This document shows, piece after piece, positions 1 to 9,940 of a stretch of DNA of 17,622 bases. Every line of letters starts with the position of its first letter. Positions within the stretch are counted from its first letter, which is position 1. Source of the stretch: Ginkgo biloba (lineage: Eukaryota > Plantae > Ginkgophyta); the NCBI GenBank assembly GCA_024626585.2, contig JANKJI020000004.1:168301339-168318960 (forward strand), read 5' to 3'. Under the pieces are notes generated by a model that was not told the DNA's origin, searched no databases, and saw only the letters and a program-made list of their open reading frames with translations. Made by a program: the position numbers and the translations under genes.

Positions 1-802
1 ATTGGTGTCATTTCTGACATAGAATTTTTTTGTAATTCTATTCAATCATTAGTTTCCAAGATACATATTTGGAGTTGAGTTTATAAGGAGATTTACTACT
101 AATATGGAGGATTTATTTAGAGGTTTTGGATATCATCATTCAAAAAACAAGGTAGTCTCCCTTTGCCAATTTTATATGTCTCATTGATAATGAATTCTTG
201 AATGTTGTTTGATTACATGCCCACATTATCAATGGAATAAATTTTTAGAAAATAATCATATGATATTTAAATTATTATTAAGAAATTATATTTTTTATTC
301 CTTAGCAATAGTAAATAGAGATTCTAATTTAGCTTGTCATTAAAAAGAGAAATCTTTCATATTATTTCTTCACATAGAAATTAAGATATGATTGTGAATA
401 TGCTTGGTGCATTCTCTCCATTTTTCTATAAGAATTGAGTTATTATATAAATTAATAATTGGAATATATTCTCTATTTCACTCCTCTTCCATCTTAAATA
501 TTAAATTTCTTAAAAGCAGCTTTGGAAGGGCATGTAGTTGCATATAAACATTCCACATAGGTGCATTACACTTGTTAGAGATTTGTTATCCCACCATAAC
601 CACTTAGCATAATTTGATTAATGAATTCTTCTTCATTTATCACTAGTATAAAATTAATTTTAAAATTTGAAGTAAGATTGTTAATGAATACACAAGGACT
701 AGATTAATTTCTTATTTTGGCTCTCATTGAAACAAAGATAAACTAAGTGTCCTTCCATTGAAAAGCATTTCTTTCCAAGTTATTTTTATTTACTTCACAG
801 AG

Positions 803-1112
803 TATAAGAAATCCTACATATATAGAGTGCACAATAGTAATGAGCAATGGAATACACAAGACATTTGAATATTATTGGTTGTTATTGACTTAAAGTTACA
901 TTACATAAATAATGGTACATATAAATACATGACATTTGATTGATTATTCAAGTACCTAACTATGTCCAAATCTTGGATTTACCCACATGTCATAAATGAC
1001 ATTATATTAGTTTAACTCAAAATAAACCAATGTTTCTAACATAAAACCTATCATATTAAATCTAACTGTAATTTTTGCATTTACATATCAATTAAACATT
1101 ATATATCTAATA
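803..1112 (-). repeat. Putative 3' LTR of the copia element (~310 bp)
   Basis: Begins just after the polypurine tract (minus strand GGGGGGGTGGGGGAGG-TG-TATTAGA). Imperfect terminal inverted repeats TATTAGA / TCTTATA are consistent with decayed TG...CA ends, and there is an internal TATA-like TATTTATATGTA. The left boundary is inferred. Confidence 0.55.
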
Positions 1113-1935
1113 CACCTCCCCCACCCCCCCATAATTTTTAATTTATATTTCTCTTTATCCTAAATAATTTCTATGAACTTCTTCTTATTCAGTGATTTCT
1201 TTAGTATATCTGCATGTTAATCTTATGCTTGGTCCTTCACTTGTTCATGATCATCTCGTTCATCTGCAACTATTAGATAATAATTCAACTCAAGGTTGAG
1301 CTTAGGATTTTGCACCTCTCGCTGACTCCTTGTCCTTATTCTGTTATCCATATCCCAACATGTACTAGACACACCAAAATCCTTCATAGTTTGTAGATAC
1401 CACCTCAAACATTTCTGTGATGATGCTTCACCTGTAATTCTTTCACTTCCTAGGCTTGATCTATTAGGAGAATGTTGATCTTCTCCTCCACTACTTTCTT
1501 TAACAACTTTACCTTTATCATCACCATACTCTATAGGTATTAAACCTTCTTCATTTACAATTTTTGTTATGTCATCACATTCATCAAACAATCCATCCCT
1601 ACTAAGTACTATCTCCCTCTTTAAAGGATCAAAGAGTGTGTAAGCTTTTGATGTATTTGAATACCCAATAAAGATGCACTTTTGACTTTNNNNNNNNNNA
1701 CAACTTCTACGTTTTCTCTACTGGAATATGTGTATATGTTGTACAATAAAAATACGTAGGTTATCCACACACTACTTCTTTTTAATCCAAGACTCCTTAG
1801 GTATTACATTTTGAATTTCTTTTGTTGGACTTGTATTTAATAGATATACCATTGTATTTATTGCCTCTACCCAAAATTCGTTTGGCAGATTTTTTCCCTT
1901 CAACATATATCAAACCATTTCAACTATAGTTTGAT
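803..1935 (-). mobile_element. Degenerate, internally deleted Ty1/copia LTR retrotransposon (integrase C-terminus, linker, RNase H tail, PPT, 3' LTR)
   Basis: Minus-strand translation from 1935 reads QTIVEMV*YMLKGKNLPNEFWVEAINTMVYLLNTSPTK...NLRIF/.TYTHIPVEK...KCIFIGYSNTSKAYTLFDPLKREIVLSRDGLFDE, i.e. copia integrase end plus SH3-like domain with stops and frameshifts. It continues into the linker ORF 1223-1591, then ADILKKSLNKKKFIE (1213-1169, like the RNase H C-terminal ADILTK motif), a G-rich tract at 1130-1115 and an LTR. Confidence 0.9.
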
Positions 1936-2158
1936 NNNNNNNNNNNNNNNNNNNNNNNNNNNNNNNNNNNNNNNNNNNNNNNNNNNNNNNNNNNNNNNNN
2001 NNNNNNNNNNNNNNNNNNNNNNNNNNNNNNNNNNNTAATTACTTGTTTAGCCTTGATTTAAACTTCATTTGTTTTTTTTATCTCTAATGAATGACCTTGA
2101 TAGTTGGCGTCCCCGGTATGTCGTTGTTGTAACTGAGGACAAATAGAACTTGGTTGAG

Positions 2159-2355
2159 GCTCGTTTGACAAATGACCCAAGCCCGTTTGATGAACGATAA
2201 AGGCTTGTTCGACAAACGACCAAAGCTCGTTCAATGAACGATAAGGTCCCGTTCGACAAACGACCAAAGCCCGTTCAACGAACAATGAAGGTTCGTTTGA
2301 CGAATAGTGAAAGTTTATTTGACAACTAACAAAGGTCGTTTGTCAAATGATAAAG
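2159..2355. repeat. 22-bp tandem minisatellite, ~9 copies, with an internal CGTTC-NNN-GAACG palindrome
   Basis: Units start at 2159, 2181, 2203, 2225, 2247, 2269, 2291, 2313 and 2335, e.g. gcttgttcgacaaacgaccaaa, gctcgttcaatgaacgataagg, tcccgttcgacaaacgaccaaa, gcccgttcaacgaacaatgaag. Confidence 0.9.
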
Positions 2356-3836
2356 GCCCACTCGACTCGCAAAAACTTAACTGCCGACGTGGCTCATAAC
2401 TTGAGGTGTTTGTTGGTATTTTGAGGGTAAACGAGGGGACAACCCATCGAAAAAGAAAAAGCTAATTTATATGCTTATGAGTATGCGATGTGGCAAGCTT
2501 AAAACTTGAAGGGCCCCTCGAAAAAAAAAAGAAAAAGGTCCTAACACCATTTCTCAGTTTTTAAACCCCCAGGGTGTGATTCTATGGATCTTCACATGAC
2601 CATGGCCAAGGGAAAAAGGGGGCTTAGTGAAAATTAAAATGAACTTTAGTTTTTAATTTTTGTGTTTTTGATTTTTAGTTTTCGTCATTTCTTCATCGAG
2701 TAGCGTTTGGTGTGTAGGGTACAATGTGTGACGGCAAGGGTTCATGCCTATGAGGGCAACGAGGGAGGAAGGAGGACGCCCCAATAGGGAGCACCATGGT
2801 TGGGGTGTGGAGGTCCAGCCCTAGAATGAGTAGGGCCGCAGTGAGGGTGTACAATAGGCTCCACGGGCAAAAACACAACCATTAGGGCAAAGACGAGGAG
2901 AGCAGGGAGCTTGTAGTGGGTGAATGACCCACGACAAGGTTGTAGGGGCAACACTGCACCACAGGGGCGAGGAGAGGATGTAGGGAGGAAAACAGGCAAA
3001 TGGCCCATGCAAGACATCGAGTAAACGGGTTACATAGGCAACGAACAAGGGGGACAAAGGGAACAGGAGAATAAAGGAAAAAGAGGTATCCCACCCACAA
3101 CAAACGATCGAGGAGAAAATAAATATGCTCAGGCTAACATAAGCAACAAATTTTCACCATAAAAATAAAAATGCCAACCCATACAAACTAGTCCTGGAGC
3201 AGTCTAGAGGGATTTACGGTTTCATTTGTAAAGCATAATGACATTTAACAGTTAACCATGTATTGAAAATGCATAATGGAAGACAAATTCATGAAAACAA
3301 CATAATAAATTTGCTCCATTGTAAAAAATATATCAATTACATCAGAGAATAAAACAAAATACAACGGTCATCCATGGTTTCAAATAAATTTATGACTGAA
3401 TCACCTATAGAACACAAAAAGGGGGATGTACGGTCTGTTAGAAAACAAACATGACAGTGTTGCATTCTTCTCCATCAACAACAAAACCAAAACTCTCCCC
3501 TCATGCCAAAGGCATAATTTCTTCACACTCCATTCTCTTCTCCTCTAAAAAAAAAAAACGGTTTCACTANNNNNNNNNNNNNNNNNNNNNNNNNNNNNNN
3601 NNNNNNNNNNNNNNNNNNNNNNNNNNNNNNNNNNNNNNNNNNNNNNNNNNNNNNNNNNNNNNNNNNNNNTCTAAGCAACCATAAAAATGACAAAGAAAAA
3701 TGAAAATGACATACAATTACAATAAGATAAAATTCACCTAAAAAGTTAATGTAGATCTAATACTTAGATTATTTAAGGTACTTTGTGAACCAGGGCCATT
3801 TTAAAAGCTAGATAAGTAAGATATAATAACAAAAAA

Positions 3837-4274
3837 TCATGATGATCTAAGTATATCTATCAATATGATACCTACTTTTAGGACATGAAGAAAATAAGTC
3901 CCAAAGATATACCATCCAACCAGAAGAAGTGAAAAGACAGCCAACCCAACTAAAAAGGGCCAACCTGCCATTAGCAGGCCTAAGCAGACCACCACCGTGA
4001 AAGGAGAAAAGGACCGGACAATGGCCATTTTGTTCACCCAGCGGCCCTTCAAAAGAACTAGTGCACATATATTAATCATGTTCCAACCAATGGATCCTCT
4101 ACAAGCAAGCCTATTTAGGCAATTGGCCACAAAAGAGTGGCAGTTACAGGTGAACAAATTATAAGATTTATGCTGAAAATGTTGCATACAACTGTGGAGT
4201 GCATCATCCCATGATATAGCTGTCCCAAGTTCTGCGTGTCTAAATCCATTCTTGCATGTATGTCCTGGAAGATG
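3837..4274 (-). CDS. RTE1: RTE1 (REVERSION-TO-ETHYLENE SENSITIVITY1)/TMEM222-family membrane protein, 3' exon only, 5'-truncated (possibly a pseudogene fragment)
   Basis: Open frame extends upstream of the listed ORF: HLPGHTCKNGFRHAELGTAISWDDALHSCMQHFQHKSYNLFTCNCHSFVANCLNRL...WNMINICALVLLKGRWV...VRSFSPF...GWPFLVGLAVFSLLLVGWYIFGTY. This matches plant RTE1 motifs (GHTC, WDDAL, YNLFTCNCHSFVANCLNRL, two C-terminal TM helices). The expected preceding CC(F/L)PP is absent. Confidence 0.88.
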   Translation of the reverse strand, partial: HLPGHTCKNGFRHAELGTAISWDDALHSCMQHFQHKSYNLFTCNCHSFVANCLNRLACRGSIGWNMINICALVLLKGRWVNKMAIVRSFSPFTVVVCLGLLMAGWPFLVGLAVFSLLLVGWYIFGTYFLHVLKVGIILIDILRSS

Positions 4275-4685
4275 TACCTTCTCAAAATTGAGTTTGCTCC
4301 CATATTATACAAAAAATCATTTATTAATTGGTATCTAAATGCTTTTAATGCTAGCATTCATTTCTCTTTGACTGACATGTCGTTAGTGCTTATCCTTTCA
4401 TAAAAAAGTATAAAATATCCTTCATTTATTTAGGTACCACCTGTACTCTAAATAACTTTACGTTGAGTAACTCATATTCTCCTTCCACTAGCTCTTCTCT
4501 TGAGTTGATTCGAGAAAGGTGGTCAAGTCTAACATTATGTCAGCCTAGTTTGATGACAACTTCAAATTCAAATTCCTGAAATAACAATATCCATCTTAGA
4601 ATCATACCTTGATGAATCAACTTATTGACAAGGTATTTTCAGGCCCGGTGGTCGTTGATGAATTTACACTTCTTGGCCAGTAAGA
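4275..4685 (-). mobile_element. Decayed Ty3/gypsy pol fragment (RNase H end and pre-integrase region)
   Basis: Minus strand reads LLAKKCKFINDHRA*KYLVNKLIHQGMILRWILLFQEFEFEVVIKLG*HNVRLDHLSRI...LFRV..., then after a frameshift MLALKAFRYQLINDFLYNMGANSILRRYI. These match gypsy TDHxALKYL, RWxLLLQEF, N..ADHLSR and LY.....LRRC motifs. Confidence 0.85.
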
Positions 4686-4785
4686 NNNNNNNNNNNNNNN
4701 NNNNNNNNNNNNNNNNNNNNNNNNNNNNNNNNNNNNNNNNNNNNNNNNNNNNNNNNNNNNNNNNNNNNNNNNNNNNNNNNNNNNN

Positions 4786-5311
4786 TATGTTATTAGAGAT
4801 ATACAATAACCACTTATACAAGAGTGTTACAAGATATATCTTGCATCTTTCCACCACTTGGCATCATCCCCTCCTTTAGCCTTTTCTACTTCTTTTATTT
4901 ATCCAAGGTGTAGATGGTTACAACAATCGACGCAGTAGTTACATCCTATAAACCATGTCGGAGACTTGTGTCAGAACAGTTCCTGTTAGTTGATGTCATA
5001 CTCATTCATCAATGTCGATGAAAAAACTTTGCTTGATATTGGTGAAGACTACTTTGACATTTGTCAGTGGGATGACTCATGTCGGTGTAGATTCATGATA
5101 TCTCCATGTCGGTGCGCTGACCTATGTCAGCACCACTTATTGATGTCAGTGAGAATGATTCCAACATTCATCGAAAAGCCATCTCTTATCAATGTCGACG
5201 ATGAGTCTCCATCGGTGTTGGTTGAGATCGCATCGACAATCATCAATGAACTAACTCTTGTCGATGTCGGTTAGAGGCATCCCCGACCTTCATCGGTATT
5301 CTCATCTAACA
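4786..5311 (-). mobile_element. Probable LTR (U3 with CpG-rich short repeats, TATA and R region), cut by a gap
   Basis: Minus strand starts TGTTAGA at 5311 after a purine-rich AAGGAATGGA. There are many degenerate TGTCGG/GTCGAT/CATCG motifs in 4925-5300, then GATAAATAAAA followed by a GA-rich tract and TTGTAA, the usual plant LTR layout. Confidence 0.45.
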
Positions 5312-7252
5312 AGTCCATTCCTTGAAGTGTCAGGCACATTTCAATTACATTGACTCATTTGTAGAGCCTTATTGGTTAGATGTGAATATAATATATGAAT
5401 TCATGTTTAACAATCTTATGAATGTGCTGCTAGATCTCTCTCTTCAAGAATTCACACACAATAAACTGTGAGCATTTACTACATTTTAATTGTCTTTCTT
5501 CTTTTATAAGTGGCATGAATATTACATCTTCCATATGTTCCTTGAAAAATAATAAAGAATATATTTTGAATACACCACATTTAGAGTAACACTTTACTTA
5601 CAAGATTGATATGATCTTGCCTTAATGGTAGAACACTAAATTTTTGAAGTTATTATCTAGTTGGATGAGAAATTATTGAGAGAAACCATAAGAAATTATA
5701 TATCCCTTTTTTGTGCACATACAAAAATATTTTGTATGTAATAGTTACCATTTAACTACATACACCTTTCATTATTTCTAATATAATACATTAGAGTAGC
5801 ACATACCAAAATATTTTTTATGGTAATATTTTTTTAAATTTTTGTTGAAATTAGACTATTATATTATAGAGAAATACACTAGAGATGTACATAAAAGTCA
5901 AGAATGGTATTCAAAGAACAAAATTATAATTATTAATTAGGGAACATATAGTCTTGCTATAAACATGGGTAAAGCTTATTCCCTTCTATGAACTGTATAA
6001 AGACAAATTGTCCAAATAACCAAAACAAATACAAAGCTAACATCCATCATCAATCAATAATGTCAATAAGATATTTTTGACCCTGATCAGGCTTGGAATT
6101 TGACAAGCGTATATACATTTTTAGATGTTTTTTCTGTCATTTCATAGGTTAAAAAAAAATCAAAATATTTTTGTTACGTTTCACACAATTTCAAAGCCAT
6201 AAAAATGGCGTTCAATGGATTAATTCACACGTCAAATTTTATTAATACCTTTATATTTGAAAAATGGTTATCTTGATATCTGTGATAGCGATTTTTCATC
6301 TTATTTGCTAAAGAATCAGTGGGTTGACGGTAATCGATGGACCGCTGGCAACCTGTCAGACTGTTTGTTAAATTTAAAATATTTACAAACAGAGATTATG
6401 ACTCTGAATCTATTTTCTAACAGTGTTTTATTTCCAAAAGAGTTTAAAAAGTTTTGAGACGAAGGTGACCACTGCGGCCTGTGACTTGTTTCAAAGATCA
6501 CTGCTGCCAATCTCCGCGAAGTTTTAGATTTCAAAATTTCTCCTAAGTCCAGGTAACATACAAGTCAGTCATATTATATAGTACAAGCGGCTCTTCTCCA
6601 AATGTTGGGCGTTGTTTTCATTTTTATCCTTTGTTACCTCTTTTGAGTATTGGCAGTGTTCTTCACCTCTAATCAGATTTCGGCTTCATCTAGCCTGATT
6701 TGTGCCATTCCCTCCTAATTTGACTTGATTCAGATAATAGAGTATTTTCAATGTGAATTCCTAATCCCTTTGGCCCAACAAAATCCTAAGTGTTTGTAGT
6801 TATATACAAAGTAATATAACAAGATCTAGTACATACACAAATATCATTTAGATTCTTCATTGCAGAGACATCAAAACCTAAAATTTATCATAAAAAACCT
6901 TTTTTTTATAGCTTTTTATGATTTTTTCTCTAACTCAAATTTTACTTTNNNNNNNNNNNNNNNNNNNNNNNNNNNNNNNNNNNNNNNNNNNNNNNNNNNN
7001 NNNNNNNNNNNNNNNNNNNNNNNNNNNNNNNNNNNNNNNNNNNNNNNNTTACCTTTTGTTATTATTTTCAGTTTTGTCATCTTTAAAGGGAACTGCCCCT
7101 ACTGAAGAGGAGGGCCTCATGGCCCATCACTGTTGATGTCATTTTGTCCCCACTTCCTCTAAGCATACAGACCGATCACTGGGATAAACTAAGGGGGACA
7201 GATTTGACCGTCAATAAATACCTAGAACATGGAGCTCAGATATGTATCCCCA

Positions 7253-7306
7253 AGATTTGAACCTTTATCATAAGGAAAAAGAATATACTCTTTATCACTC
7301 ATACCA
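7253..7306 (-). mobile_element. Possible degenerate tRNA-derived SINE head (Pol III A/B boxes)
   Basis: Minus strand TGGTATGAGTGATAA (A-box-like), then ~28 nt, then GGTTCAAATCT (B-box-like). No cloverleaf. Confidence 0.3.
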
Positions 7307-7441
7307 CTCTTAGTGTATTCTTAATTAATTCTTACTAGTATTTTAATTTGATTTTATGACAATAAAATAGTATTAAAAAAAATTTCCGATCTCTTTTAGG
7401 TGCATTATGTTTATTATATTACGTGAGGGTGTTTACAAAGA

Positions 7442-7495
7442 TAGACCTAGTGGTAAAGGAAATGTCTTATATTAGACTAATTAAGGTTCAATCTT
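7442..7495 (+). mobile_element. Possible degenerate tRNA-derived SINE head (Pol III A/B boxes)
   Basis: TAGACCTAGTGGTAAAG (A-box-like) and GGTTCAATCTT at 7485-7495 (B-box-like). Confidence 0.3.
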
Positions 7496-9350
7496 ATCAG
7501 GTATGTATCAAGTGTCTGTGGCAACAAAATGAAATCCGAAATTAAGCATTTTAAAAGAATGAAAGGATGAAGATTTCTATCTAACTAGTGGATAGAGATA
7601 CATTTTTACTATTTATTTACTTGTCTTTGTTGCTTCTTCCATTAAATAATTTTCTTATACCAACAACATGATGATGTATAGATTGAGACTTCCAACCTAA
7701 TTATTACAAACTCATTTCAAACTTATTTTCTAATGCAAACATATCTTCTTTATCATATAAATTGAGATTGTTTAATAAGGAATTCTTACATTTTGATCTT
7801 ATCTAAAACCCTTTAAGAAGCTTTCTTATTTCATCAACTCTTCAGACTGATATCATAAACGTGTTGCATGTTGAAATATGGTTCACTTTTGGAGAGATGC
7901 CTACATTCAAGTGGAGGCTAATATATTCTTAATATTTTACCTTGCTAAATGATAATATTAAATCATTTAATGTGAATCAATGTTAAGTTCAATATGCAAA
8001 ACAATTTCCCATGTGTCTTAAGGTGATGAAGTTGGGATGGCAGGCCTACAAATATTGTTGTGCATGTTACCACTTTGGTGTATTAGTTTCTTTGAAAGGA
8101 CCTAATGCTTATTTGTTCCTATCCTTGCATGAATACAAATACAAGGGCCTTAAAATCTTTACAATTTTACAGCTAGGCTACCTTTCACACAAGTTAACTA
8201 ATAAAGGTGTCAAAAGAGGAGGAGCTTCTTTTGTTTTTTTGTTGAAATGGGGCAAGTATATTATAGAGATTAACAAAATTTACAAAAAGGATCAAGGGGG
8301 TCCTTAAAGTATAAAATGGACCCCACCAAAGGCCTTTTGCCATGGCATCCTATTACAAAAAGGAGCCCCTAACATAAAAGTACAATTATCAATGAAAGAT
8401 GAGATGTTATTACAAAATTAAGAGCATATTGACTCTAAGATATACAAGAACCAGATTGTACATTACACATCAATCCATAAACATTGGACATAGCTTTAAA
8501 ACCTAAAAAATTCAATGGACTTATTAACAACATTTTTATATTTTCATAAAGCTTAAGTTTGAGTAAATTGACCTATATAAAATAATCATAATTGGGATTA
8601 TGGTGCTAGAATAAGATTTCTTTGTGGTATCATATATTATGAGCAAGTGTCAACCTAAACATTAGATATCATTTTATTTATATTCTTGAGGAGAAAGATG
8701 GTCATTTTTATGGGAGTGAACTATCTAGCATGCAGATGGATAATCATGTCATAATTTCTAAGGAGTGATTTTGACCAAAAATTTCGTTGGTATGTTGATA
8801 TTTCAAATTTGTGAAAAAATAACCATTGCCATTCCAACCCAACTAGCATCTCTAAATTTTATAATTCAAATGTTCTACTCGTATGATTGAATGGAAAAGT
8901 GATGGGATATTGCAATTCCAAAAGAAATTAATGATCTAGGTCAAATCTAATAAAGAAGGATAATTATTAGCTTTAATTTTCATAGTGGTAGGGCGCAGAT
9001 AATTTCATAAAGAAACCACAATATGGGACTAAAAATATGCCTTGTTTGACGACTAGGTTTGAGACCAAAATCTTTCATGGTGCCCTTTCGGAGTCCCAAG
9101 AATAGTTCCCCTAGCAGGGTAATAGGGGAAACACCCTCGACGATCTTTCAGGTCCTATAATTTGAGATCGACCATAAGATCTACATGCAATTTAAAAACT
9201 TTTTATCCTATGATTTTTTTTAAGAAAAGTGTTGGCTAAAGGCATCCACCCAACTCACTAGAAATTCCCCAAAATTACAAGAGAATACAAGCTATGAGAA
9301 ATTATTGAATTTTAGCAAGTGGGCAAAAGTATGCAATAAGTAAAAAGTTG

Positions 9351-9468
9351 CACCCTTTGTCACAACAAAATACCGAGTCACAAGAAAATGCATATTTTTG
9401 GGGAAGTTAGCAAAAGTTTGCGACCAAGCAAAGAGTGTCACCCTTTATCATGATAAAATACCGAGTCA
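9351..9468. repeat. Imperfect 30-bp direct repeat pair, likely TE-derived
   Basis: caccctttgtcacaacaaaataccgagtca (9351-9380) vs caccctttatcatgataaaataccgagtca (9439-9468). The four differences are all C/T or G/A transitions. Confidence 0.75.
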
Positions 9469-9627
9469 TGATTGTTGACACGAAAAATCCCCACCGCACG
9501 CTTGTCGACATGTGGCGGGAGAAATCCNNNNNNNNNNNNNNNNNNNNNNNNNNNNNNNNNNNNNNNNNNNNNNNNNNNNNNNNNNNNNNNNNNNNNNNNN
9601 NNNNNNNNNNNNNNNNNNNNNNNNNNN

Positions 9628-9940
9628 TGTCTATGCATGTGCATGCAATGACAAAAGCAAGCATGCATGTCCCCCGCATCATGCATGTCGCTCCAATCAC
9701 ACATGCATGCCTCAAATCTCGCATGCAACCACTAAAAAAGCACATGCATGCATGTAACCCTAATTCCTGCCAAAAAAATAACTTTCCAAAAATAGCCGTT
9801 ATTTCGAAAAATAGAAAGTTTCTAAAAATATAAAGCTTCCAAAATGATAAAATTTCTAAAAAATAGAAATTTTTCCAAAAATTGAAAATCCTTCCAAAAT
9901 TCTAAAAATAGAAATTTTTACCAAAATGTTATTTTTGGCA
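9628..9940. repeat. CATGCATG (RY)-rich cluster followed by degenerate (TT)CCAAAAATAGAAA A-tract repeats, likely TE non-coding region
   Basis: About seven (G/C)ATGCA(TG) clusters in 9633-9755, and repeated ttccaaaa/tctaaaaaatagaaa units in 9770-9930. Confidence 0.65.

Noticed and set aside
2058-2355. Repeat array as CRISPR, and ORFs 2058-2285 / 2065-2259
   Set aside because: Units are contiguous with no unique spacers, there are no cas genes and the context is eukaryotic. The ORFs are just translations of the minisatellite.
2693-3103. Four overlapping minus-strand ORFs rich in P/L/C/S
   Set aside because: Products of a purine-skewed GC-rich tract, probably TE non-coding DNA, with no domain or splice support.
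4115-4357. 80-aa ORF MLALKAFRY... as an independent gene
   Set aside because: Its N-terminal part is the gypsy pol frame and the remainder is an out-of-frame read of the RTE1 exon.
8228-8420. Possible LINE 3' tail on the minus strand, and ORF 8011-8307
   Set aside because: Only a short T-run and compositional resemblance; no RT/endonuclease remnant or TSD could be identified, and the ORF has no recognisable homology.
3451-9833. ORFs spanning N runs (3451, 4625, 4639, 6860, 6918, 9407-9833)
   Set aside because: Artefacts of translating through 100-N gaps.
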